DNA of 64,000 nucleotides from Dehalococcoidia bacterium (GTDB lineage Bacteria; Chloroflexota; Dehalococcoidia; UBA2979): NCBI GenBank assembly GCA_028279505.1, contig JANQNP010000042.1, positions 93 to 64,092 of the forward strand, read 5' to 3'. Shown piece by piece: positions 36,406 to 45,169 of this stretch (position 1 is its first letter; each line of letters starts with the position of its first letter). The notes under the pieces were generated by a model. It saw only the letters and a program-made list of their open reading frames with translations, ran no database searches and was not told where the DNA came from. The position numbers and the translations under genes were made by a program.

Positions 36406-36702
36406 CTAGTGCTCGTCGTAGTGGTCGCCGTGGGCCGCGTGGCGGTGCTGGTCGTGGATGTAGTCCACGTGGTCGCCGTGCTCGACCGTCGGGTGCCCAC
36501 AGTCTGAACCGTGCTGGTGGCTGTGCATGCCCGCGGGGACGTGCGCGTCGGGGCTGCACTCATCGAAGTGGTCGTCGTGGCTGGCATGCGCGTGGCCATC
36601 GTGCAGGTAGTCGGTGTGGTCTCCGTGCGCCACAGCGACGTGGCCGCAGCCGTCGCCGTGGGCGTGCGCGTGGTCGGCATGCACTGCGTGAGCCTGAGTC
36701 AT
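36406..36702 (-). CDS. Histidine-rich (about 25% His) metal-binding protein with an internal duplication
   Basis: ATG 36702 overlaps the ArsR stop (ATGA). Sequence MTQAHAVHADHAHAHGDGCGHVAVAHGDHTDYLHDGHAHASHDDHFDECSPDAHV...HSHQHGSDCGHPTVEHGDHVDYIHDQHRHAAHGDHYDEH. Repeated HGDHxDYxHDxH unit and three Cys residues. Confidence 0.6.
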   Translation of the reverse strand: MTQAHAVHADHAHAHGDGCGHVAVAHGDHTDYLHDGHAHASHDDHFDECSPDAHVPAGMHSHQHGSDCGHPTVEHGDHVDYIHDQHRHAAHGDHYDEH

Positions 36703-37049
36703 GATGGTGCGTATCCTTCCTCGCGGCGTGTTTCGCCGCTGTGTTCGATGGCGTCCTCGACGATGTGCCACACGTGCTCATCTCGAAGGCGATACCGGAC
36801 TTCCTGCCCTTCCCGCTCTCCGTCAACGACCCCCGCGTCGCGCAGCACGCGAAGGTGCTGCGAGACCATCGGCTGACGGAGACCCAGGTCCTCTACGAGC
36901 TCGTGGACGCAGCGTGAGCCGTGTCGCTGGATGTCCTGGACGATCCGGATGCGGCCCACGTGGGCGACCGACTTGAGCAGCGCCTCGGCGCGGCGCAGAT
37001 CGGGCAGGTCATCCTCTCGTGTCATATTGTGATATTCGCATATCTGCAT
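36699..37049 (-). CDS. ArsR/SmtB-family metalloregulator
   Basis: Winged HTH (CVHELVEDLGLRQPMVSQHLRVLRDAG). C-terminal DEHVWHIVEDAIEHSGE fits the alpha5-site pattern DxHx10Hx2E. N-terminal MQICEYH and alpha3 RCVH supply Cys/His candidates. A shorter alternative start (MTREDD) lies at 37025. Confidence 0.7.
   Translation of the reverse strand: MQICEYHNMTREDDLPDLRRAEALLKSVAHVGRIRIVQDIQRHGSRCVHELVEDLGLRQPMVSQHLRVLRDAGVVDGEREGQEVRYRLRDEHVWHIVEDAIEHSGETRREEGYAPS
37031..37044. promoter_or_regulatory. Inverted repeat GATATtcgcATATC in the AT-rich 5' end of the ArsR gene (candidate ArsR/SmtB operator)
   Basis: 5-bp perfect arms with a 4-nt spacer, inside an AT-rich island (catattgtgatattcgcatatctgcat). 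Confidence 0.3.
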
Positions 37050-37147
37050 TTCTTCGACAAGTATCGCTGTCACGAGGTGTGATGGAGGCGCCTCGAGCTG
37101 AGCCGCCGGTCGACGGACTCGGTGGCGCCGGAGGCCGGCGACCGGAA

Positions 37148-37828
37148 CTAGGCAGGCCGGTCGCCGGTGATGGCGTAGCGCTCTGGCGGATCGCCGGCAT
37201 CTGGCCAGACTTCCCGCTCCACCTGCTCGATGGCGTCGAGACGCACGGCGCGAACGTTCGACAGCCCGGCGGCCTCGAATGCCTCGATCACCTGCTGCGG
37301 GTCGACGAGGCGGCGGAGTGGCAGCGACGCGACCACCTCGTCCGAGTAGGGCTGCCAGGCACCCGCCGTCTCCTGGAACCACTCGATGGCGACCACGCGC
37401 CCGCCGGGTCGGAGCGCGACCCTCCAGTTCTGGAGGGCCTGCACCGGCTCCGTGAGCGTCCAGAGCAGATGGCGACACACCACGGCGTCCATCCCCGTGA
37501 TGTCCGAGGGCGGCTGAGTGGCGTCGCCGATCACGAAGGTTGGCGGCGTCGCCAAGGCGGTCGCTTTGCGCTGGGCCTCCGCGAGCATGGCCGTCGAGAG
37601 GTCGATGCCCCTCGTGCGGTGGCCGGCCTCGGCGAGTAGGAGGGCGAGGAAGCCTGTGCCGGTGCCGACATCGAGCACGTCGAGGGGCGGCTGGCCGATG
37701 AGATCGGCGAGCGCGCTGAGCCAGGCCGCCTTCTCCCGGTCATCGCCGAGGCCGTGATAGGCCTCGGTGTCGTACGAGCCGGGCCTCGCGTCCCAGTAGC
37801 GAGTGATCTCCTCCTGGTGAGCCGACAT
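37148..37828 (-). CDS. Class I SAM-dependent methyltransferase
   Basis: Motif I VLDVGTGTGFLALLLAE; about 226 aa. Confidence 0.7.
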   Translation of the reverse strand: MSAHQEEITRYWDARPGSYDTEAYHGLGDDREKAAWLSALADLIGQPPLDVLDVGTGTGFLALLLAEAGHRTRGIDLSTAMLAEAQRKATALATPPTFVIGDATQPPSDITGMDAVVCRHLLWTLTEPVQALQNWRVALRPGGRVVAIEWFQETAGAWQPYSDEVVASLPLRRLVDPQQVIEAFEAAGLSNVRAVRLDAIEQVEREVWPDAGDPPERYAITGDRPA

Positions 37829-38014
37829 CCCTCAACCTCCAGCGAACTCGGACGGCAGCGACGGGCGCCCCCTCGAGGTCGACGCTCTCGCTCAGTCGCC
37901 GCTCTTGTTGAGACTTTGTATCATCCCGCCTGTGCTGAACCTAGTCTCAGCCAGACGCTCGAAGCACAGCCGGTCCGGTCGTCTCGACGGGACCACAGAC
38001 AGGAACGAGCTGGA

Positions 38015-38713
38015 ATGAGCGATCTGATTCCGAGCCACATCCTCGTGCGCGTCGCGGACCTGGCGCAGTCGGTTGAGGAGTACGAGGCGGCTGGATTCAC
38101 GGTGCAGTGGGGCAGCGACCCCGAGACGGCGCACAACGCGCTGATCCACTTCCGCGAAGGGCCGTTCCTCGAGCTGTTCGATCCCGTGCCGGCAGGCACG
38201 GACCCGGAAGAGTTTCGCGCGCAGATGCCGCCGCGGGTCGGCCGGTGGTTGGACGTGCGCGGGGTGTGCGAGCACGCGCTCGAGGGCGACACCTCGATGG
38301 AGGCGATCGTCGCCGGGCTCGCCGCACGCGGGGTTGAGACGAGTCCCGCGTTCGAGGCGGAGCGGGCCGGAGCCGACGGCGTGACGTTGCGCTGGTCGCT
38401 GACGATGCCGCCGCGTCTCGATCTGCCGTTCGTGATGAGCCCTTACGAGCCAGCCCCGGTGATCCCCGAGGGCGCGCGCCAGCACGAGAACGGACTGCTG
38501 GGTGTCGCGACGCTCGACATGGCGAGTGCGCAGCCGTTGGAGCTGGCGGAGCGCCTTGCGGCGATGCTCGGCGCCGGCAAGCAGCTCGTCTCAGACGACG
38601 TGGTGACTGTTGAGGCCGCCGGGTTCACGTACCGGATCGTCGCCGGTCCTGAGTACCGCCTCACCTCGCTGCGCTTCAACGATGGCCGGACGCTTGAAGC
38701 GGTGCTGAGCTAG
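38015..38713 (+). CDS. VOC (glyoxalase/bleomycin-resistance/dioxygenase) superfamily protein
   Basis: ATG 38015 (MSDLIPSHILVRVADLAQSVEEYEAAGFTV). Two beta-alpha-beta-beta-beta-like halves. The tool ORF from 37754 is an Arg-rich upstream extension. Confidence 0.55.
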   Translation: MSDLIPSHILVRVADLAQSVEEYEAAGFTVQWGSDPETAHNALIHFREGPFLELFDPVPAGTDPEEFRAQMPPRVGRWLDVRGVCEHALEGDTSMEAIVAGLAARGVETSPAFEAERAGADGVTLRWSLTMPPRLDLPFVMSPYEPAPVIPEGARQHENGLLGVATLDMASAQPLELAERLAAMLGAGKQLVSDDVVTVEAAGFTYRIVAGPEYRLTSLRFNDGRTLEAVLS

Positions 38714-38774
38714 GCGCGAGTCGAGGCGGCACCGTCCAGGAATCGCCAGCGACGAGCGAACGGAACGGAGAGCG

Positions 38775-39206
38775 ATGGCGCCCTTCACCGCCGACGCGAT
38801 CGAGCAGGCGCTGATCCGCCGCGGCCGACGGATCACGGCGGCCCGCCATCAGCTCCTGGAGGCGATGGCCGGCGCCGGCGATACGTTCGCCGCGGAGACC
38901 GTTGCGGACGCGGCGCCTGGAGTCGGGCGCGCGACCGTGTTCCGTACGCTTCGGATGCTGCAGGAGCTCGGGTTCGTCTGCCAAGTCGTGCTCGGCGATG
39001 GCACGGTCGCGTATCGCCTCGGCAGCGAGGGGCATCATCATCACACGCTGTGCCACGTGTGTGGCTCCGTCGCCGACTTCTCATCGCCGGCGATCGAGGA
39101 GGCCCTCCGGGAGATCGAACGGACGACTGGCTTCGCGACGGAGAGCCACCGCATCGAACTCTACGGACGCTGCGCGAGCTGCGACGCCGAGCAGGGCACC
39201 CGTTAG
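38775..39206 (+). CDS. Fur-family metal-responsive transcriptional regulator (Fur/Zur/Nur-like)
   Basis: DNA-binding helix region (ATVFRTLRMLQELGFV). Metal sites HHHHTLCHVCG...CASCD. About 143 aa. Confidence 0.75.
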   Translation: MAPFTADAIEQALIRRGRRITAARHQLLEAMAGAGDTFAAETVADAAPGVGRATVFRTLRMLQELGFVCQVVLGDGTVAYRLGSEGHHHHTLCHVCGSVADFSSPAIEEALREIERTTGFATESHRIELYGRCASCDAEQGTR

Positions 39207-39278
39207 CGAGTTGGCCTCGGATGGTCGGGCGCCGAGACCGAGCCCCCGGCGACGCCCTCTCGCACCCAGCCCGTTCCG

Positions 39279-40916
39279 TCATTCCTCGTTGCGTCGAGCG
39301 CGGAACACGACGTCGTCGGCGTGGTGGCCGGCGGAGGCGGAGCCGGCCGGTCGGGGGCGCGTCTCGTCGACCTCGACGACCCAGGCGGGGTCGGCGGCGA
39401 TCGCTTCCTTGACGTCGTCGACTCTGAGGTAGGCGAAGGGATCGAAGGCGCGACTGTTGTCGTCCGTGTCGATCGGCGCGTGCCTCGGTCCGAGGTCGTG
39501 GCTGACCATCAGGAGCGTTCCGCCAGGGGCGACCGCGTTGAGGAGGTTGTGGAGCGCCCTGCTGTCCGCCGTGCGAGGGATCGCCGCGTAGTGCGCGGAT
39601 ACGAGGTCGAAGCGTTCGGTACCGAAGGCGCGTGGGGCGTTGGCGTCGGCGTGTAGGCCCTCGATCTCGAGACCGCGGTGCTCAGCTTCAGCGGCGATCC
39701 GGGCGAGCGCTGCCGCGGAGATGTCGTTGGCCGTGACCGCCCAACCGCGCTCGGCGAGCCAGACCGCGTCGCCGCCCTCGCCAGCGCCGACGTCGAGCGC
39801 GCTGCCGGCGGCCAGGCCGTCCACCTCGGCGACGAGCGCGCCGTTCGGGTTGCCGCTCCAGAGGCGCTCGCCTGAGTAGCGACGGTCCCAGTCGGTCTCG
39901 GCTCCGGATCGTGGGCGGTCAAGCTGGAGGTCGTCCTGCGCGAGGCGGGAGCTGATCCGGCTCCCGACCCGGCTGCCGGTGGCCGCGGCCTGCAACACCT
40001 GGTCTCCGGGGTTGGCGACATTCCCAGCGGCCCATACCCCAGGAGCCGAGGTCTCGCCGGTCTCGTCGGTCTTGACGAACTCCCCGAAGCCGGCCGGATG
40101 AGAGCCGAACTCGAGTCGGAGAGCCTCGAACGGCTCGGCGCGCACGCGGAAGCGGGGGCTGACGACGACGGCCTCGGCCTCGAGGGGATCGCCGCTCTCG
40201 AGCTCGACGCCGGTCACCTCGCCGCCGGGTCCGGTGACGACGCGCGACACCTGGTCGAACACGACGTTGACGCCGGCGGCGCGGAAGGGTTCAAGCTCCG
40301 ACGGGTCGAGGTCGACCGAGCCGTGGACGACGATCGTGAGCCGGTCGGTCAGGTGGTGGAACAGCGCCGCCGGGTGGAGGCCGAGCGGGTGGGTGACGAT
40401 CTGGACGAGCGTCTGGTCGCGGACCTCGTACCCGTGGCAGAACGGGCAGTGGATGACGCCCCGGCCCCAGTGCTCCGCGAGGCCTTCAACGTCGGGTAGC
40501 TCATCGACCAGGCCTGTCGCGATCAGGACGTGACGGGCGACGACTGCGTGACCTCCGGTGAGCTGGGCGCGGAACCGGCCCTCGTCGGTCTGAGTCACCT
40601 CGAGGACGCGGCCGTCGAGGACCTCGCCGCCGTAGCGGCGCACCTCGGCACGACCGGCGGCCGTGAGGTCGGCCGGGGGTGCGCCATCGTAGCCGAGGTA
40701 GGCGTGCATGTGTTCGGCGGGGGCGTTCCGGGGTTCGCCGGCATCGACGATGATCACCGAGCGCCGCTGTCGCACGAGCTGGAGCGCCGCGGCGAGGCCG
40801 GCGGCCGAGCCGCCGACGACCAGGACGTCGCAGTGGCGCTCGACGACGCGGCGCGTTTCGCCGGGGGTAGATGTGTGGTTGCTCATGACCTCGACGATAC
40901 TGCGGTTTGCGGTCAA
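39279..40916 (-). CDS. Fusion protein: N-terminal thioredoxin-reductase-like FAD/NAD(P) oxidoreductase, C-terminal class I SAM-dependent methyltransferase
   Basis: FAD motif (DVLVVGGSAAGLAAA). CPFC redox pair (VIHCPFCHGYE). Methyltransferase motif I (ALDVGAGEGGDAVWLAERG). Start is TTG 40916 or ATG 40886, both with weak RBS. Confidence 0.6.
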   Translation of the reverse strand: MTANRSIVEVMSNHTSTPGETRRVVERHCDVLVVGGSAAGLAAALQLVRQRRSVIIVDAGEPRNAPAEHMHAYLGYDGAPPADLTAAGRAEVRRYGGEVLDGRVLEVTQTDEGRFRAQLTGGHAVVARHVLIATGLVDELPDVEGLAEHWGRGVIHCPFCHGYEVRDQTLVQIVTHPLGLHPAALFHHLTDRLTIVVHGSVDLDPSELEPFRAAGVNVVFDQVSRVVTGPGGEVTGVELESGDPLEAEAVVVSPRFRVRAEPFEALRLEFGSHPAGFGEFVKTDETGETSAPGVWAAGNVANPGDQVLQAAATGSRVGSRISSRLAQDDLQLDRPRSGAETDWDRRYSGERLWSGNPNGALVAEVDGLAAGSALDVGAGEGGDAVWLAERGWAVTANDISAAALARIAAEAEHRGLEIEGLHADANAPRAFGTERFDLVSAHYAAIPRTADSRALHNLLNAVAPGGTLLMVSHDLGPRHAPIDTDDNSRAFDPFAYLRVDDVKEAIAADPAWVVEVDETRPRPAGSASAGHHADDVVFRARRNEE

Positions 40917-40926
40917 TGCAATCCAG

Positions 40927-40943
40927 CTTGCAGAATTAGCAAG
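40927..40943. promoter_or_regulatory. Inverted repeat CTTGCagaattaGCAAG in the 32-bp divergent intergenic region (candidate operator of the XRE-cupin regulator)
   Basis: 5-bp arms with an AT-rich 7-nt spacer between the fusion gene (-) and the XRE-cupin gene (+). Confidence 0.25.
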
Positions 40944-40948
40944 AACGG

Positions 40949-41560
40949 ATGGCGTCGATGGACAACCTGGATCAGATCGAAATGGTGGTGCGGTCGAGGC
41001 TGCGGAGCCTGCGGCAGAGTCTGGGGCTGTCGCTGGACGAGCTTGCGGAGCGCACGAACCTGAGCGCCTCGACGATCAGCCGCGTGGAGACGGGCAAGCG
41101 GAGCATTGGCCTCGATGTGCTGCTCCCGCTGGCGACCGCGCTGCAGATCGATCTCGACTCGCTGCTGGACGTGCGCGACGACGAGGACGTGGTGATCCGT
41201 CCGACGCCCAGCCGGTCCGGGAACCGGACGACGTGGATGCTGAGCCGGGCGACGGGCTCGACCGTGGCGCTGAAGCTGCGACTGCAGCCGACCCGCCGCC
41301 CGCCCGAGCAGCGAGTGCACCCGGGCCACGACTGGTTCTTCGTGCTCCAAGGTCGCGTGTGTCTCTCGCTCGGAGAACGCGAGACCGTCGTCGAGGCTGG
41401 TGAGGCCGCCGAGTTCACCACGATGACACCGCACTCCGTGAGCGCCATCGACGGACCGGCGGAGCTGATCATGATCTTCGATCGCGACGGTCACCGCGCC
41501 CACACCCACTACGGCGGGAGCGAAGCGCGGAGCGACCGTGCCTCGAAGGCGGGCGGTTAG
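40949..41560 (+). CDS. XRE-family HTH transcriptional regulator with a C-terminal cupin sensor domain
   Basis: HTH (LRSLRQSLGLSLDELAERTNLSASTISRVETGKRS). Cupin region (HPGHDWFFVLQGRVCLSLGERE...). Confidence 0.7.
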   Translation: MASMDNLDQIEMVVRSRLRSLRQSLGLSLDELAERTNLSASTISRVETGKRSIGLDVLLPLATALQIDLDSLLDVRDDEDVVIRPTPSRSGNRTTWMLSRATGSTVALKLRLQPTRRPPEQRVHPGHDWFFVLQGRVCLSLGERETVVEAGEAAEFTTMTPHSVSAIDGPAELIMIFDRDGHRAHTHYGGSEARSDRASKAGG

Positions 41561-41576
41561 CACCGGCGGTCGAGGC

Positions 41577-44500
41577 TCAGGTCGTGAGCTGGACCGCGCT
41601 GTCTCGTTGCACCGCCAGCATGCGCGCGTAGTGCCCTTGCTGCGCGACCAGCTCCTCGTGCGTGCCCTGCTCGACGACCGCTCCGTTCTCCAACACCACG
41701 ATCTGGTCGGCGGAACGCACCGTCGATAGCCGGTGGGCGATGACCAGCGTCGTGCGCTGTTCAGCCACGCGGGCGATGCTGGCACGGACGGCCTGCTCGT
41801 TCTGGGCATCCAGGTGGGAGGTCGCCTCGTCGAGCACGAGGATCGGCGCGTCGCGCAGGAACGCGCGCGCGATCGCGATGCGCTGGCGCTCGCCGCCGGA
41901 CACGAGCGCCCCGCGTTCGCCCACGGGGGTATCGAGGCCCTCGGGGAGACCCGCGACGAACTCCGAGAGGCTCGCCTGGTCAACCGCATCCAGCAGCCGC
42001 GCTTCGCTGGCCTGGGGATCGGCGATGAGGAGGTTCTCGCGGAGCGTGCCCTGGAACAGGTGGGTGTCCTGAGCGACGAGCGCGACGCGGCTGCGCAGCG
42101 CATCGAGCTCCAGCGAGCTGGTGTCATAGCCATCGACCCGGGCGACCCCGCTCGTCGGATCCCAGAAGCGGAGTAGCAGGTGCGCCAGGGTGGTCTTCCC
42201 GGCTCCGGAGGCACCGACGAGGGCCACCGTAGTGCCGCGGGCGACCTCGAAGGTCACGTCCTGCAGCACCGGACGGCTGGCGGGGCCGTACGAGAAGGAG
42301 ACGTTCTCGAACTGGATGGCGGGGGTACCGGCGTCGGGCTCCTCCACGACGGTGATCGGTCCGCTTCGAACTGTCTCCGGCTCCTGATCGACGCTTGCGA
42401 GGCGTGACACGGCCTCGATCGAGCCCTGGGTGATCGAGATAAGGCCGCTGAGGCGGGCGACCGGGGTGACGGCGGTGAACGCCAGCGTCAGCGCGAGCGG
42501 TGCAACCGACGGACTCAGCGCGCCGTTGTCGACCATGAGCGCGGTGCCGGCGAGCAGCACCAGCGCACCCATGCCCATCAACGCCCGCAGTACGGCCGCG
42601 CGCCGTGCGTACTTCGCGATGAACCAGACGTGGACCGACTCATGGCGGTGGGCGAGGTCCTGTGCCTCGGTGGAGCGGGTTGTCTCCGCCGCGTTCAGGG
42701 CGATGTCGCGGATGCCCTGGACGCTGTCGAGGAAGTGCGAGGCCTGTTCGCCGTTGAGCTCGGCCAGCACTCGGTAGTCGCGCCGCCGTCCGATGGACCA
42801 GAGCGGCTCCGCGGCGAGGATCGCGAACAGCGGAACCACCATGAGCACGTAGAGCGGGTGGATGAACGCGAGCCAGATCACCGATGCCAGTGGGACCAGG
42901 ATCGTCGCCGCGACCATGGGGAAGCCGTGTGCGTAGAACCACTCGAGCGATTCGATGTCGCGGGTCGCCATTGCCGTGAGATCGCCGGTGCGGCGTCGCT
43001 GGAAGTAGCCCAGCCCGAGGCGTGCGAGCTTCTCGTACAGCCGCATCCTGAAGTCGGCGACGAGCCGAAAGGCGAGGTAGTGGGACGCGAAGCCGTCGAC
43101 CCACTGCACGACGGCAAGTAGGCCGACCGCGATCGCGAGCCAGATCAGCAGCGGCGAAACGGGTTCGCCGGAGATCAGCCCGTACACGACGACCGCCATC
43201 AGGATCCCGACGGCGGCCTCGAGGACGACGGAGCCGAGGTGGAGGCCGGCGCTGCCGACGACCCAACGCAAGGTCCGTGCCGGCAGCTGGAAGAGGAACG
43301 GTAGCACCGCCCGACGCCCCTGCTGCGAGGCGGATAGCACGGCGCCGATCTCCTCGTCGACGTGAGCGGTCGCCTCGTCCGACGTTCCGCGTGGGAGCTG
43401 GTCGTGGCTTGCGAGGATCTCCTCGGCCGCTTCGCGCGCCTGGTCTCGCATGAGCGTCGCGTAGCGACCGTCCGCCTGGAGCAGCTCGGTGGGGCTGCCG
43501 TCCTCGACGAGGCGGCCCTCGTGCATCACGAGGACGCGCGTTGCCCCAGCGAGGCTGGAGAGGCGGTGGGCGACGACGAGGGTGATGCGGCCCTCGGTCA
43601 GGGTCTCGAGCGCCTCCTGGACCAGGGACTCGGACTCGGCGTCGACGTTCGAGGTCGCCTCGTCGAGCAGCACGATCGGGCGATCGCGGAGGAACGCGCG
43701 GGCGATGGCGATGCGCTGTCGTTGACCGCCTGAGAGCCGGACTCCGCGCTCGCCGATCCGAGTGTCGTAGCCGTCTGGCAGCTCTCGAATGAACTCGTGC
43801 GCGTTCGCCGAGCGTGCGGCTTCCTCGAGACGTTCGACGGTCGCGTCGGGCGCGGCGAGACGCAGGTTCTCGGCGACGGTCCCGGAGAACAGGAAGGTGT
43901 CCTGGGGGACGACGGCGATCAGGTCGCGCACGTCGGCCACGCGCAGGTCACTGAGGTCGATGCCGTCGATGCGAATCGCGCCGGCGTCGGGATCGTGTAG
44001 CCGCAGCAGCAACCCGACGAGGGTCGACTTGCCGGCTCCGGACTCGCCCACGATGCCGATGCGCTCGCCGGCCTCGACGCTGAAGCTGACGTCGCTGACG
44101 GCGACACCGCGGCCCGTCGGGTACGAGAAGCTGACTCCGTCGAACTCGATTCGCTGGGCTGCCGACGGCGGCGCGGCCGCCTGCCTCGGGTCGTCGACCA
44201 GCGGGGCGCGATCGAGGAACTCGACCATGGCGTCGGCCGCGGACTCGGCGTGCATGGCGCGGTGAGCGGCAACGGCCAGCTCCCGCAACGGCTCGAAGGC
44301 GCGCCGGCCGACGAAGAGGACCATCATCAGGAGCTCGATCGAGAGGGTGCCGTCCTCGACACGGATCGCACCCCACGCGAGCGCGGCCGCGGCGCCGATG
44401 ATGCCGGCAAGCAGGGTGACGATGTAGGAGACGGAACTCACGCCGAGGACGCGCATGGTCGCCCGGAACAGGCCGGCGGCCCGCTCTCGGAGCAGGCGGA

Positions 44501-45152
44501 GGCGATCCTCGGTGCGTCCGAAGGCCAACAGAGTGGGCAGTCCCTGGAGGGCGTCGATGAACTCCGCGCCGAACTCGCCGTAGGTGATCCGCCGCTCCTC
44601 GGCGGCTCGCCGCGAGGGGGCGGCCAACAGCAGCGGGCCACCAAGTCCGGCCGCGCCGGCCACAGCGAAGATCAGCATCGTGTCGACGTCCAGCGGGGCG
44701 ATGACGATCAGCGCGAGCAGCGTGGATGCCAGGGCGACGCCGAGCTTCACGAGGTAGTCGCCGAAGTAGTCCTGGAGCGTCACGACGGCATCGACGCCGT
44801 TCATCTGCATCGCGCCGGCACGCTCGCCAGCCAGCGGCGCCGGTCCGAGGCGACCCAGCTGGTCGTAGAGGCACAGCAGCAGACTCCGTCGCGCGGCGGC
44901 TCCGAGCGCGGCGCCCGAGACCTCGGCGCGGAACGCAGCGACGCCCTCGATGACCGTCAGCACCGTCAGCCCCACGAGCGGCATGATGAGGTCTGACAAC
45001 GGGCGCCCGGTCACCACGCCGCCGAGGAGCCAACCGATGAGGCCGAAGCGGGCGAGGGCTGCCACGGTTGCGAGCGTGCCGCTCGCAACCGCCATGGCCA
45101 GAAGGCGGGGGTTCGGCCGAGCGAGCGTCCAGAGGCGTCTATCGAGCAGCAT
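41577..45152 (-). CDS. Fused ABC exporter (TMD-NBD-TMD-NBD), CydDC-type, paralog of 7842-11447
   Basis: 1191 aa. Walker A twice (GESGAGKST, GASGAGKTT). Signatures [14 protein letters not shown] and VSGGERQRIAIARA. Colinear with the first CydDC-like gene. Confidence 0.8.
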   Translation of the reverse strand: MLLDRRLWTLARPNPRLLAMAVASGTLATVAALARFGLIGWLLGGVVTGRPLSDLIMPLVGLTVLTVIEGVAAFRAEVSGAALGAAARRSLLLCLYDQLGRLGPAPLAGERAGAMQMNGVDAVVTLQDYFGDYLVKLGVALASTLLALIVIAPLDVDTMLIFAVAGAAGLGGPLLLAAPSRRAAEERRITYGEFGAEFIDALQGLPTLLAFGRTEDRLRLLRERAAGLFRATMRVLGVSSVSYIVTLLAGIIGAAAALAWGAIRVEDGTLSIELLMMVLFVGRRAFEPLRELAVAAHRAMHAESAADAMVEFLDRAPLVDDPRQAAAPPSAAQRIEFDGVSFSYPTGRGVAVSDVSFSVEAGERIGIVGESGAGKSTLVGLLLRLHDPDAGAIRIDGIDLSDLRVADVRDLIAVVPQDTFLFSGTVAENLRLAAPDATVERLEEAARSANAHEFIRELPDGYDTRIGERGVRLSGGQRQRIAIARAFLRDRPIVLLDEATSNVDAESESLVQEALETLTEGRITLVVAHRLSSLAGATRVLVMHEGRLVEDGSPTELLQADGRYATLMRDQAREAAEEILASHDQLPRGTSDEATAHVDEEIGAVLSASQQGRRAVLPFLFQLPARTLRWVVGSAGLHLGSVVLEAAVGILMAVVVYGLISGEPVSPLLIWLAIAVGLLAVVQWVDGFASHYLAFRLVADFRMRLYEKLARLGLGYFQRRRTGDLTAMATRDIESLEWFYAHGFPMVAATILVPLASVIWLAFIHPLYVLMVVPLFAILAAEPLWSIGRRRDYRVLAELNGEQASHFLDSVQGIRDIALNAAETTRSTEAQDLAHRHESVHVWFIAKYARRAAVLRALMGMGALVLLAGTALMVDNGALSPSVAPLALTLAFTAVTPVARLSGLISITQGSIEAVSRLASVDQEPETVRSGPITVVEEPDAGTPAIQFENVSFSYGPASRPVLQDVTFEVARGTTVALVGASGAGKTTLAHLLLRFWDPTSGVARVDGYDTSSLELDALRSRVALVAQDTHLFQGTLRENLLIADPQASEARLLDAVDQASLSEFVAGLPEGLDTPVGERGALVSGGERQRIAIARAFLRDAPILVLDEATSHLDAQNEQAVRASIARVAEQRTTLVIAHRLSTVRSADQIVVLENGAVVEQGTHEELVAQQGHYARMLAVQRDSAVQLTT

Positions 45153-45169
45153 GGTGGACTCCTCAGCCC

